A stretch of 63,033 nt of DNA, filler included, from Folioceros fuciformis (lineage: Eukaryota): NCBI GenBank assembly GCA_049999805.1. It is 17 parts of 17 records of this genome, joined end to end, with 100 filler letters (N's around TTAATTAATTAA, not from the genome) between each part and the next. Parts side by side here need not be neighbours in the genome. Positions count along the whole stretch, not along the records: positions 1 to 1,196 come from JBNGIO010003743.1; positions 1,297 to 4,642 come from JBNGIO010003744.1; positions 4,743 to 6,534 come from JBNGIO010003745.1; positions 6,635 to 9,918 come from JBNGIO010003746.1; positions 10,019 to 15,744 come from JBNGIO010003747.1; 12 more parts are not named here. The stretch is one strand, 5' to 3'. Shown here in pieces: positions 1-11,416 of this stretch (within the stretch, counting starts at the first letter, position 1; each line of letters begins with the position of its first letter). Made by a program: the position numbers and the translations under genes. The notes beneath the pieces were generated by a model that searched no databases, had not been told where the DNA came from, and saw only the letters and a list, made by a program, of their open reading frames with translations.

Positions 1-1196
1 GATACACCTGCACCAAGGTACAACCTTAGATCACGTCCACTCATCTCTAGCCCTGCTGGTTGGAAAGAACCTCCTTTGGGATATCTTGCTATTTTTCCTG
101 ATTCTAAATCTCATGAGTCTCTTTATAATCAAGTTGTGTATGCAGCCACTATAGACTTAGAGGAGCCCCTTACCCTAAAACNNNNNNNNNNNNNNNNNNN
201 NNNNNNNNNNNNNNNNNNNNNNNNNNNNNNNNNNNNNNNNNNNNNNNNNNNNNNNNNNNNNNNNNNNNNNNNNNNNNNNNNACCTGCACCAAGGTACAAC
301 CTTAGATCACGTCCACTCATCTCCGGCCTTGCTGGTTGGAAAGAACCTCCTTTGGGATATCTTGCTATTTTTCCTGATTCTAAATCTCCTAAGTCTCTTT
401 AGACTATAGACTTAGAGGAGCCCCTTACCCTAAAACAAGCCTTCTCCTCTCCCTCCAAACATCTATGGAAGGTAGCCGTAGACTCAAAGTATAATTCCCT
501 TATTAGTAATTCTACATGGAAATTAGTTGAACCTCCTGAGGGTAGAAAAATAGTAACCAGCAAATGGGTATTCAAGATAAAGAGAAAAGGAGATGGATTG
601 GTGGAAAGGTATAAAGCACATCTAGTTGCTAGAGGTTTTACTCAAGTCCCTGGACTAGACTACATACCTTGGGCCACTTATGCTCCTGTAGCTAAGTTCG
701 CTACTCTTGGTATGATCTTCGCTATATGCGCCCAGTATGATCTTGAACTTCCTATGATGGATGTGAAAACAGCATATTTGTATGGGCGCTTGAAAGAAGA
801 AATATACATGAAGCAACCTGAGGGTTGAGGTAAAAGGCAAGGAGCATTTAGTATGTAAACTTATTAAGGGTATACATGGACTCAAGCAATCCGGCAAAAA
901 TTGGAACTTGACTATCCATGTACAACTCTTGAACAAGGGACTTAAGCAAAGTAAAGGTGATGCTTGCTTATATAGTTACCTTAAGGGAAATGATATATTT
1001 TACCTTTTACTATACGTCGATGACGTTTTTATGGCAACAAACTCTCTCATTCTCCTAGCTGAGATAAAAGCATGGCTTCGGACATTATATGAGATGACCG
1101 ACCTAGGAGAAATGAATTATGCACTTGGAGTAAATATTATCCGTGACAGGAGTAATAAAAAGTTGAGCATAGTTCAAACCAAGTACATAAAGGAGA
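1..1196 (+). mobile_element. Ty1/Copia retrotransposon fragment (integrase-RT linker and RT), degenerate
   Basis: RYKAHLVARGFTQVPGLDY, MDVKTAYLYG, YMKQPEG and LLLYVDD motifs, with stops and a frameshift. The sequence left and right of the 182-281 gap is duplicated. Confidence 0.93.
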
Positions 1197-1240
1197 NNNN
1201 NNNNNNNNNNNNNNNNNNNNNNNNNNNNNNNNNNNNNNNN

Positions 1241-1252
1241 TTAATTAATTAA
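1241..1252. other. Artificial six-frame-stop scaffold linker TTAATTAATTAA flanked by N44 (first of 16)
   Basis: An identical 100-bp cassette also has its core starting at 4687, 6579, 9963, 15789, 17878, 30606, 36963, 38217, 40400, 44362, 47535, 53125, 56103, 58026 and 60206. Confidence 0.98.
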
Positions 1253-1296
1253 NNNNNNNNNNNNNNNNNNNNNNNNNNNNNNNNNNNNNNNNNNNN

Positions 1297-2868
1297 TTGA
1301 GGTGGAGTATCATTTCATCAGAGACTTGATTAAGAGTGGACAGGTTATACTTGAGTATGTGCCAACAGTAGAAAATCCAGCAGATATTATGACAAAAGCC
1401 CTAGGTAGGGAGCTGCACGAGAGGCACATGAAATGTTTAGGAATGGGGAAGCCGAATGACTTCCTCAGTCCTGCAGTTTAGTGACCCAAACTACCAGTCA
1501 TATCCCCAGTCTACGCTGTTTTCTTCCACACTATTTACAGCCACNNNNNNNNNNNNNNNNNNNNNNNNNNNNNNNNNNNNNNNNNNNNNNNNNNNNNNNN
1601 NNNNNNNNNNNNNNNNNNNNNNNNNNNNNNNNNNNNNNNNNNNNCTCATCCGATCTTGGAGAGTTTCTCTTCCTACGCTCCACGTAGGAGATCCTCTCCT
1701 CAGTCTCAAGGCTGTGCTCTTCCTCCAGCCTTAGTTCAGATCCTGCAGGGCAAGTGGGAGCTTGTTAGAGAACTGTGAGAAGAAAGCAATGGGGATGCTG
1801 ACATAAAAGTAGACAGGGAACACTTACTGTAAAAGCTGACCACATGGCGCTGATACTCGCGGCAGTGCTCTATCCTCACTCGTATCACCTTCAGATGGGT
1901 GTAAGGGCACTTATACCACAGAGGGGTACAAGGAATAGCAAAAGAACCAAGGCTCACAATCTTGGTTTCCTCATCAGAGTGTGTAGGAACTGGAAATCTT
2001 ATCGGCACAGTAGGCCTATAGTCAGAATCAGCATACGCGAACTCACCAGCTTTGAAGCGGAACTTGGCACTTTGATCCCTTGAAAGAGACTTCTCTTTAG
2101 GGGTAGCCGTCTTGCGGGGAGCTGCCTTACACGCAACAGCAGCCTTTGTCTTATAGGCTATAGTCTCTGACGAGCGCCGCTGATCAAGAAAAGCTTTGGT
2201 GGTGCCGCGCGGCCTCCCTCGCGAACGCCTTCCGCCGCTGCCACCTTGAGCAGCAGGAGCAGGCATCTTTGCCGATCCTTGCTGCTGAGAGGAGGCGGCT
2301 GTTCTAGTCGGCTTGCTCACAAACCGCCCTAGCTTGTCACGATGGCAGACACGGCGCTTTGCAGGAGGGGAGTCAGTAGCTGAAGACGACATCTTGAGCT
2401 CAGAGATCCTACGCTCCAACAGCTTACAAATAAAGGACTTGAAGCGAGGAGGGATGCTATAAGGGTCGCGACGCACCTGCTACCCAAGTTTGTGCAGATA
2501 CGCTCCATCGCGTTTCTTTAAAGGCAAAGGTGTCGGCGCAACCCAGTACATGCACACAGCGGAGCTTTCAGCTCAGCTCACAGTCTCACACTCGACCCGT
2601 GTTAGAGAAGGCGAAGAGGAGACGTCCGAATCGTCATAATCCAACAAGTGGGAGTGAAGGAGTATTGATGTTGGCATAATGAGATTAGGGTTATATTATA
2701 TCCAGTTTCATATTGTGTGTATAGTTTAAAATGTCTTACCTCTTCGCTAGGGTTACGACTGTTAGTAATAGTCACACCCATTCATGAATAGTTAAGTTTA
2801 AGTTTTAATGTTTTACTAACTCTCTTTTTCTTGAATATATACAATGTTATTTTTATAATAAATCTACA
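1297..2868 (+). mobile_element. 3' end of a Copia element: RNase H end, ~1.15-kb extra region, PPT and putative 3' LTR
   Basis: EVEYHFIRDL...ENPADIMTKAL ends at TAG 1479-1481. PPT AAGTGGGAG at 2646-2654 is followed by TG at 2655 and an AT-rich LTR-like tract to ...AATAAATCTACA 2868 (LTR end uncertain). Confidence 0.8.
1491..2392 (-). CDS. Antisense accessory ORF inside the Copia element, probably spliced (exon 1 2392-1828, intron 1827-1743, exon 2 from 1742 into the gap); basic protein with AT-hook and NLS-like motif
   Basis: MSSSATDSPPAKRRVC start and RRSRGRPRG AT-hook. Donor GTAAGT, branch-like CTAAC and acceptor TGCAG|G keep the frame open. The frame across the N gap cannot be verified. 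Confidence 0.55.
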
Positions 2869-2869
2869 T

Positions 2870-3700
2870 CTGCATGTAATTTCTTAGCAGAAACTCCACC
2901 AGATGTTTCCCACAGAGGATAAGTATGAATGGATGGAGGGGCACGTTTATGCTGGGCTTACAGAGGAAGAAATGAGAGTTCTGGCTGTAGACCATAACGT
3001 TTATGCAGACAAAAGGAAAAGGATGGGCTTCATTGAACAGGTTAGATACATTCATGACGAGCTGGATATTCTCGGACGGACTCATTCAGTGGAAGTTTAA
3101 CCTATACAGGTTGCTGGGTATGACTGACAATGGTGGAGATCCTCTCCATACAGACTGGGTACAGAAGATGGTTGATAGGCAGACTTTGCCATATTGAGTA
3201 GCCAGATGTTATGGGGTACTGTGGGATAATGTGGAAAGGATATTTAAAATGTGGGAACAGTGTGAGCTGCTAGAGCAGAAGAGCACAGTCACAACAGGGA
3301 CCAAGAAGAGAGCAAAAGTGAAACGGAAGATAGGAGATTCAGCCATACAAAGTTCTGCTTCGTAAGTGTCGAAAGATAGTAGTAGGAGGCCATCAGCGAT
3401 GTAGGGCAGGCCATGGAGAGCCTTTCAAGGTGTCCCAACAGGTGTGAAGGGAGAGGAGATGTTGATTGCAGTAACCTAGAAAGTTATTCAAGGCAAGCTG
3501 CAATTAAAAGACATGGACACCGAAGTCGAGAAGAAGAAGAAGATTCACTTGATTCAACATGCTTTCCGAATGGCGATGAATTGTGCCACTTTCGAAGAAG
3601 GAGAAGAAATGTAGCCGAAACATACTGAAGATTGCCACCTTTTGAAGTTCCAAACAACCTTTGCAAAAGTGGTAAGACATGTTTGTTTAGGGTACAAAAA
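2870..3700 (+). pseudogene. Degenerate coding fragment of unknown family
   Basis: Protein-like stretch QKLHQMFPTEDKYEWMEGHVYAGLTEEEMRVLAVDHN...MGFIEQVRYIH, then frameshifts and stops. Confidence 0.35.
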
Positions 3701-3872
3701 TTTTAACGATTGCCCTCATGAAAGACCCTGGCGCTCCAGTCAAACCAAAAGCATTGCGCTTGTGAACTAGGTGGCTCAATGGAGGCACTGAGCCCCCCGC
3801 GGGGGGACTCAACAGCTGGATCATGGGCGGCAATAGTCGGCATGTCTAATAAGCCGAAGACATCGGGGCAAA

Positions 3873-4642
3873 ATGAGAGGGAGAAGGTTGCTAGTCCCTC
3901 TGACGCTAGCCGGACAAAGGCCGAGACAGAAAGAATCGCAGGTACGGCCTCCTGAGGTGGATTGTGCGCAGGCTCAGGTACAGCCGGGCCCCTCCCAAGC
4001 ATATGTCTCGGACTCCACAAAAGCGAGTACAGGGTTAAAGTTGGGTCCACTAGCGGATGTGATCACGGAGGCGAGTTTTTTTCAAAGAGAGGAGGACAAA
4101 CTCTCTGCCAGCTCAATTGTGGGGCGCCATATGTCTGGAGGTCCTCCTACCATGGAGGAACTAGAGGAGTGGGTGGCTCGGGTAACGGGATGCCCTCTAG
4201 TGTATGTTTTCTTGAAAGCAGATGGTTCTTTCCAGATTAAGTGTGACGAGGCCACTGGGGCGCAGGCTCTTCTACAAACAACACTGTTCGTCCGAGATTC
4301 AGTACCGGTGGTGGTAGAGGCCTGGTCCCCCGGGAACTCCATCATGCAATCTAAAATCAAGCGGCATTTCCTATGGGTGGGTCTGCCTGCTTTGCCGGTT
4401 CAGCTCGTCCCATTGGTTCGCACAATTTTGGGGACCATTGGCAGGGTGGTGGAGGTCCCTAAGGTGGACTCCAGATTCTTTGACAGCACCAAACCACCTC
4501 GTTTCGGGGTGAGGGTCGACAGCCTCCAAGATCTGCCTGAAGGCGTAGTTGTTCGTGATGTGGAGGACCCATCTAAGAGTTTTACACAACTTTTCGATTA
4601 CCCGGATCTTCCCATCCGGTGCGGAGTGTGTGGCTTGCATAA
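3873..4642 (+). mobile_element. L1-type LINE ORF1 fragment (DUF4283-like region plus start of zinc knuckle)
   Basis: VVVEAWSP...LWVGLPALP...ILGTIGRVV...FDYPDLPIRCGVCGLH is the typical plant L1 ORF1 pattern; truncated by the linker. Confidence 0.75.
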
Positions 4643-5436
4643 NNNNNNNNNNNNNNNNNNNNNNNNNNNNNNNNNNNNNNNNNNNNTTAATTAATTAANN
4701 NNNNNNNNNNNNNNNNNNNNNNNNNNNNNNNNNNNNNNNNNNGCTCCGCTCCCTCCAACTCTGTTTCTCGTTCACCGACGACATTCAACCTTTCCCAGCG
4801 CGTACCTTCAACACGTCCAGTTGGTAGGAAGGCACCATTCCTTCACTTGGAAGGGCCCCAGTACCTTCCCCTACCGATTTCTACCTCCCTACACCCAACA
4901 CCCCTTCCTCACAAGTCTCCTCACAACACCTTCCACAACGATCCAGCTGCTCGTCTCTCTATGTCCAACAACCAACAAGTTCTTCCTTGGGCCGGTTGCT
5001 GCGTGCTTGCGCTTGTTAGCGAGAACTCCCAGGAAGTCTTTCCCTGGAGTCTATCCTCAAGCCAATAGCCACATAGGTATTGCCACACACCTACAGCAGC
5101 ACAACAACCATTCACAAGGGAAGCAACTTGCAGGGGTGCCCATGGAACAATATGAGCCCTCTGCCAAGCACTTCGACCACTGCAACTCTAGCCACAACCA
5201 GGNNNNNNNNNNNNNNNNNNNNNNNNNNNNNNNNNNNNNNNNNNNNNNNNNNNNNNNNNNNNNNNNNNNNNNNNNNNNNNNNNNNNNNNNNNNNNNNNNN
5301 NNAGTCGGCAACGAGATTCCTACGCTCTGCTGAGCATGAGAACTCGCCATGAGAAGAGTGCAGAATGTGGTGGTTCATTTCTTTGTGTAGCCCCTTCTTA
5401 TAGGAGAGATCGACACATGAACCTCTTCGACATGTA

Positions 5437-6532
5437 TGTGGAGGCAAAACCCCGGGCACTGATTGCCGACGGGTTCCACCTTTAGTGGCCACACTTCCTA
5501 TTGACTCCTCCTACCCGGCAAGAGTCACTGGACTAACCCCAAAGAAAAGAAAGAAGGGAACACACTCCCCTCTCAAATATCTTCTCCCCACAACCTTACT
5601 CGACACCATGAAACATGGTCGGCCTACAGCACTTGTCCAAACAGGGAACAAGAGTGGATAGGTCGAGAGAAAGACACATCCTTTACAATCAAGAGCTAGG
5701 GGCAAGCCCCTTCACCCTGGTCGTTACACCTTGTGATCCTACCAGACACTGTACAACTGGCAACACGCGGCTTGCGATCCTACCAGACGTTGCATAGCCG
5801 GCAACACACTGCAGGTCCTAAACCAAGCAGGGACAGACCACAAGAGCTCATGAAGAGAGTACCTCCAAGAGCTCATGAAGTGACAGACTGACTCCCAAAG
5901 TGAATGACTCCCTCCTCCTACAGGCTCACTTGATCTTATAGGAGCCTCTCTCTCTCTGACTTCACCTCTCTCTAACTTGATAAATATTATTTTAATAGGA
6001 CCACTAGCCTCGCGGACTGTCACCAGCCACTTATTTAGACTTCTAGCACATCCTGCCACCAATGAGCTGGCCCTACCACCACAAGGATCTACCACCTCTT
6101 AGACTATCCTAAGACTTCGGAGGATGTCTGATCTTCAAAGATCTGCGGATGCCTCCTCTTCCTTGCTGGATGGCCGCCTGCTCAGTCTTCCCCTACAACT
6201 GTTCACCCTTGGTGGCTGAGCCATCCTCCAGGGGAGGAGTATGAGTAGTGGGAAAGATAGAGAGGAGGTGGGAAGGAGTGGGATCAGCAGCCGGAACCTG
6301 GCCTGAAAACGGTAGCTTATTCAGCGGAATCAGCTTCTAGCCAAAATGGTTCCTCAGCCATGGAAGACTAACCCTGGGGTGCTGGAATAGGCCCCAAACT
6401 AGTAGGAGAAGAAAGCAGGTGAAACAAAGTTGAATTGGAATTTCTGGAATTAAATCAAGAAAAATAGGGATGAAAATAGAAAAGGGGAAATTAGGAAAAT
6501 AAAAAGAAAAGAAATATGGGGATACGTATACA
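5437..6532 (+). mobile_element. High-copy LTR-like repeat (family A), copy showing both ends, with an internal deletion
   Basis: Starts TGTGGAGGCAAAACCCCGGG and ends ...GATACGTATACA. A TATA-like CTTATAGG followed by a CT-rich tract lies near 5935. Shared with 7 other copies. Confidence 0.8.
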
Positions 6533-8521
6533 GTNNNNNNNNNNNNNNNNNNNNNNNNNNNNNNNNNNNNNNNNNNNNTTAATTAATTAANNNNNNNNNN
6601 NNNNNNNNNNNNNNNNNNNNNNNNNNNNNNNNNNCTATCAACACGTCTTTGAAGATATTGGCGCTAAGAGCCTTCCATTCGTCTACAATGTGCGTGCAAA
6701 TCTTAATCACGAGGATGGGATTTAAGCCAAAAGTAAGTGATAGCTTTGTAGCCATGCCCACATCTAGCTAGAAAGTTGTGCTTGACAACTAGTTGAAAAT
6801 AAGTTAAAAAAAATCATTTTACATAAATAAAAAATAAATATTTAATAAATCCTAATCATCAGCCCTATTGGCTGGGTCTCGTATAGCTGAAAACGTAGGC
6901 CCTTCCCAATTCCCAATATCCTGGTAGCTCCAGATAGTTCCAGTAACTANNNNNNNNNNNNNNNNNNNNNNNNNNNNNNNNNNNNNNNNNNNNNNNNNNN
7001 NNNNNNNNNNNNNNNNNNNNNNNNNNNNNNNNNNNNNNNNNNNNNNNNNCGCCGGCTAGTTGCCTTTGGCTTCGAGCCCTTTTACAGTTCCCCCATTGCC
7101 TCTTGTCGATGGAATACCCATCTCCGCAACTTGATCACTCTCCTGTTCCGGTTTTTTTTGTAGAAATGTAATAGCTAGCTAGTTCATGGGTGGTTTCTAA
7201 CAGAGTTCAGTGCGTAGAAATCCAAAGCCCCATTGCATGAATAAAAGAACTTTTCAGTCATAAGTTAAAAGAGTTCGCACCAAGACACAACCAAGAAAGA
7301 ATGCACAGATGCTCTGCAACCGCGTTGGATGAGTGCAATACTATTTCCCCGACAGCACCTAAGTTCTAGTTCCGCAGCGTTAACCAGTGGAGCAGATCAT
7401 TTACTACTTCTGCTCGCAAGTGTCAATCCACACAACTTCATACATCGGCTTTCCCTCGGAGAAGGTGGATGGTCCAATCCCACTGCATGTTACTGCACCA
7501 ACATGCCGGCAGCTAGGTAATAAGTATCCTCCGAACCTGAGGTCAAATCTTGCGTGAATCTCACATCCAAACGGCCTGCAACTAATTATCTGAGAACACG
7601 ATGATACCATGTTGAGCATGTTCTGGCGCATGTCTCCCAATCAGCAGCCACAGCAACTGTCGGAAAGACACCAGTCCCAGCCTGACCATCAGCACCAAGT
7701 CGACCTCAATAGCCACAGCATTGTTCCCACGGCCCCCAATCAGCACTACCACAGACCAGGTATGGTATAACATGAAAAGTCAGAACAAACTGAAGCATGC
7801 TCCTCAGAACACTCAGAAATATTTTTAAAAGCACAGGTCCAAAAGGGGGAGTGCAGCGCAACGAAGAAACAGATGTTCACAACAGGGACAGTCCTCCTTT
7901 CACCTGTCCTTTAGTCCTCCAATATGCCAACTAACTTGGACAGTCCACTCCATTTGCCAGTGTTTTGTCAGATCACTTACTCATGCCTACAACCGAGAGA
8001 ATGTTCACAAGAGCACTGATCTATCAAGAAATGATTCATGTGAACAACCTAACAATTTTGCAACTGATGATCTGCTGAGCAGTCTCTTCATCCCAGTAGT
8101 TCAAACAACAGCTCCCGGAACTGCAGGTACAACAATCAAAGTGCACACCTGGCTCTTCCTAATCAATCTCCACCTCGAAGGACCCATGACTCATCATAGG
8201 ACACATGTACAGGTCATAGGACTCGATGCATGTTCCTGTCATGCGGCACCCAAGAGATCAAGCTCACTGTTCTGTGCAAGAGTTACCAGATCATCGCATG
8301 AGAGAGTGGACAAACCCAACCAGGTCCATCTAATGCGAAATACAATCAGGAGTGTTCATGCCCTGTTCAATTCCAAAGCTCTGGCATGCACAACCATAGA
8401 GTAAGACTCATCTAGACAGCACATGGTAAACTGTCCCCATACTGTATGCAACAAACAAGATTCCACTCCTCTCTGACTACATACTCGACGGGGGCAAACA
8501 GCATGAGATCAGGAGTACACT

Positions 8522-9239
8522 TCATTGCTCTGGGAACTGGTGATCATATGATGGTGAGGCTGTCCTTCCTGCAAGCGGTATGCTTTGACAGCCGATACCA
8601 CACGCTCCCAAAGGTCGGGCTTCTCTGCTCATCACGGGCAACTTCAGTTCCGTCTCAATACTTGCAAAAGAAGAACATAATACTCTCAACAGCACCTACA
8701 GCATTCCAGAATAAGCAAGTACCGCGACTTGTTCACTTGGAAGTATAGATTTCCACCTCATAAGCTCAGTTGCAGAAGGATTGCTTTTCATTATAACTTG
8801 GAGTGCGCCATCTTGAGATGACCGACTGTGCATACTGAAGCTTCGAGCGTTACTGGGGCTTGGACTAGCACTGCAGCCAAGGGGTCCTTGACTTAAAAAA
8901 AATCCAACAAGGCTTAAGTGAGACCGAACCAATAAGTGTCAACCACACACAGCAAAGTCTACAACCCTGAGCAGCTTTTCTGCACTAGTCCAGTTGATGT
9001 ACCTCTTGCTCCTCAATGGTGAAGATCTCTCCAGCAAAGGTCTGTTATGATGTTCTTCTTGCTGATCACTCATACTTCTGCTCCGGCTGCGACTGACACT
9101 GCTTTGTGTTCCACTACGATTTCCTTGTCGATAAGTTTCATTTCGGCTACGCTGTCGTTGTCGCCCCCGGTCAGACCTGTCTTGGCTGTGACTGCGGCTT
9201 CGACGGCTGAATAACTTCTCACTGCAATCATCCCGGTAC
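8522..9239 (-). CDS. 3' exons of an Arg/Ser-rich protein gene (exons 9239-9003, 8891-8757, 8660-8522); 5' part unresolved
   Basis: GT-AG introns of 111 and 96 bp, both phase 2, join an open frame YRDDCSEKLFSRRSRSHSQDRSDRGRQRQRSR...SVSRSRSRSMSD...DHQFPEQ*. Confidence 0.55.
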
Positions 9240-10305
9240 CTACGGCTGGAAAGTCCAAACCAAGCAGAGCTAGGTCAAAGAGAGAAAATTTTGATGAGCA
9301 TGGAAGCCAGTTAGACTGCAAACAGGACTTATGTACTACAGACTGACATACGACTTCTTCCACTAGAAGCCTTGAAATAGTCCCCCAACAACAACATTAG
9401 TTGAACACACACTCCTTTAATTCGTGAGGCAATCCCTGTGAAGAGGCTGTAACTGGGTGCCGAGGTGAGATGTGAATGTCACAGAACTGTTGCAGAGGCC
9501 TCCAAGAAGCCTGGACATCGTTGAAAACCCGAATACTTAATTATTTCTTCCCAGGCGATGAGGGGGGTACCTGACAAAATAGGATAAAATTCTATCGGCA
9601 GCCCTGCTAATTAGTGGGCTAATGAAACAGACCATTGTGATCAAAGTAATAGCTACAACAACCTGAGTCAGGCAGGTGTTAGAAACAGGCATTTCCCCGT
9701 TAATCTGGCATCCACCTTCCTGTGAAAGGAAGATTGTCTCCAGGACATTTGCTGGAATTCACCCCAAGTCACATGCAGCGCACCAACCACTCACCAAGGC
9801 TTTGGGCACTCTGCTTTCTGGCCAAGCAGAGACTCCGAAGGACATGGTGCAAAAAAGCAAATAAAAGATTAGAAATGAGACTGCCCCCATCGTTAATTGC
9901 CCATCTTCAACTATTCCCNNNNNNNNNNNNNNNNNNNNNNNNNNNNNNNNNNNNNNNNNNNNTTAATTAATTAANNNNNNNNNNNNNNNNNNNNNNNNNN
10001 NNNNNNNNNNNNNNNNNNGGACACGAACGACAGTTATGCGCCACCTTAAGTCTCCTGTGTCACAGGCAAGAGGGGGGGTTTTGTTGGGCACCATAGCTTG
10101 CCATTGCAAGGTTGAATTCATGTGTAGAATGCCCCAAAAACTAAAATTCAGATGCCCTCAATTCCAATAATTTGACATCATCCTCAAGCCTTGCAATCCT
10201 TGAGCAATGATTTCCATTCAAATCCACTAAAGTGTAAATTTAGGATCCTTCAAGCTTCATCTACAAGCTTCCTCTTCTGAGATCCATCCAATTGATGCAC
10301 AGCCT

Positions 10306-11416
10306 ATGCCAGTGTGTGTGCTACTAGCAATGAGAATGGGTTCTGTAACAGAAATTTTGGCCTTAGCCTTCACCATAGGGATATTGGTACTTAGTGAAGT
10401 AGGCTTAGGTAGCTCGGTTGAAATTAGGAGCCCACAATGGAGGACTGAGGGCGGCAAGTCCAACTTCCCAGAGGACCAGTCCTTTGAGGATGAAGCTAAT
10501 TCCATTGCTACAACCTTTGCAAGACGATCTCAACAACAACAACATATGCATAGAGTGCAAGAGCAGCTCCAAGTTGGCAATCCTGATCGTGAAAGTTCTC
10601 TACTAACTACCAACTTGATGGCATCTAACAAGGGATCAAGGAAGGCTAGGCCAAGAGAGGTGACTGTAGACAAGTTCGCATACTTCGGATACAATGGGCA
10701 ATGGAGGTCGCACAGCAACCTCACCTATGCATTGTCGACGACGGATGTGACAGCGCTGGTTCCACGCAAGGACATCCTGTTCGCCTTGGAGGGCGCGTTT
10801 CGGACATGGGCAGCTGTGGTGCCGCTCACCTTCGTGCTCTTGGATGATGCATACTTCGAGTGGGCCGACATCAAGGTGAGCTTCCTCATGGGCGACCACG
10901 GCGATGGGCAGCCCTTCGACGGTGCACTAGGTGTACTCGCCCACTCCTTCGCCCCCGAAGATGGCCGCCTCCATCTCGACCTTGCAGAGCAATGGAGCGT
11001 CGACGTGTTCTCCCCAGAATCACTACTTCTCCAAAACACCATGGACCTCCAATCTGTCCTCCTCCACGAAGCTGGCCACCTCATCGGGATGGGCCATTCA
11101 GAGGACCCCTCTGCTGCCATGTTTGCCGACATCTCCCCCCGCCAGGTAAAAAATTGCACACTCTGCTACATCCTTCCATCATTCTCTCAATCCAATCCTG
11201 AACTCGAGCTCTCAGCTCTGTTTTGCTGTGCAGGTAAAGCATGACCTGAGTATCGATGACATTCAAGGTGCACAATCTCTATACGGCCCTAGCCATGCCT
11301 TTCAAGTCCTTCAGGGCGTGATCGCGCCCAGCCCATCTTCTACTCTTGGCAACAGCCGCCATTGCCACCTCTCCCTACTTCTTCTCTTGCTCCCCATCTT
11401 TCTAGTCGTAACCTGA
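10306..11416 (+). CDS. Matrix metalloproteinase (peptidase M10A), 2 exons 10306-11145 and 11234-11416, ~340 aa
   Basis: Hydrophobic N-terminal signal, GDHGDGQPFDG, LAHSFAPEDGRLHLD, zinc motif HEAGHLIGMGH and Met-turn AAMFA. An 88-bp GT-AG intron restores LSIDDIQGAQSLYG. The hydrophobic C-terminus is GPI-signal-like. Confidence 0.93.

Noticed and set aside
6-436. Direct repeat on both sides of the 182-281 gap
   Set aside because: Probably an unmerged contig overlap or haplotype duplication at a scaffold gap.
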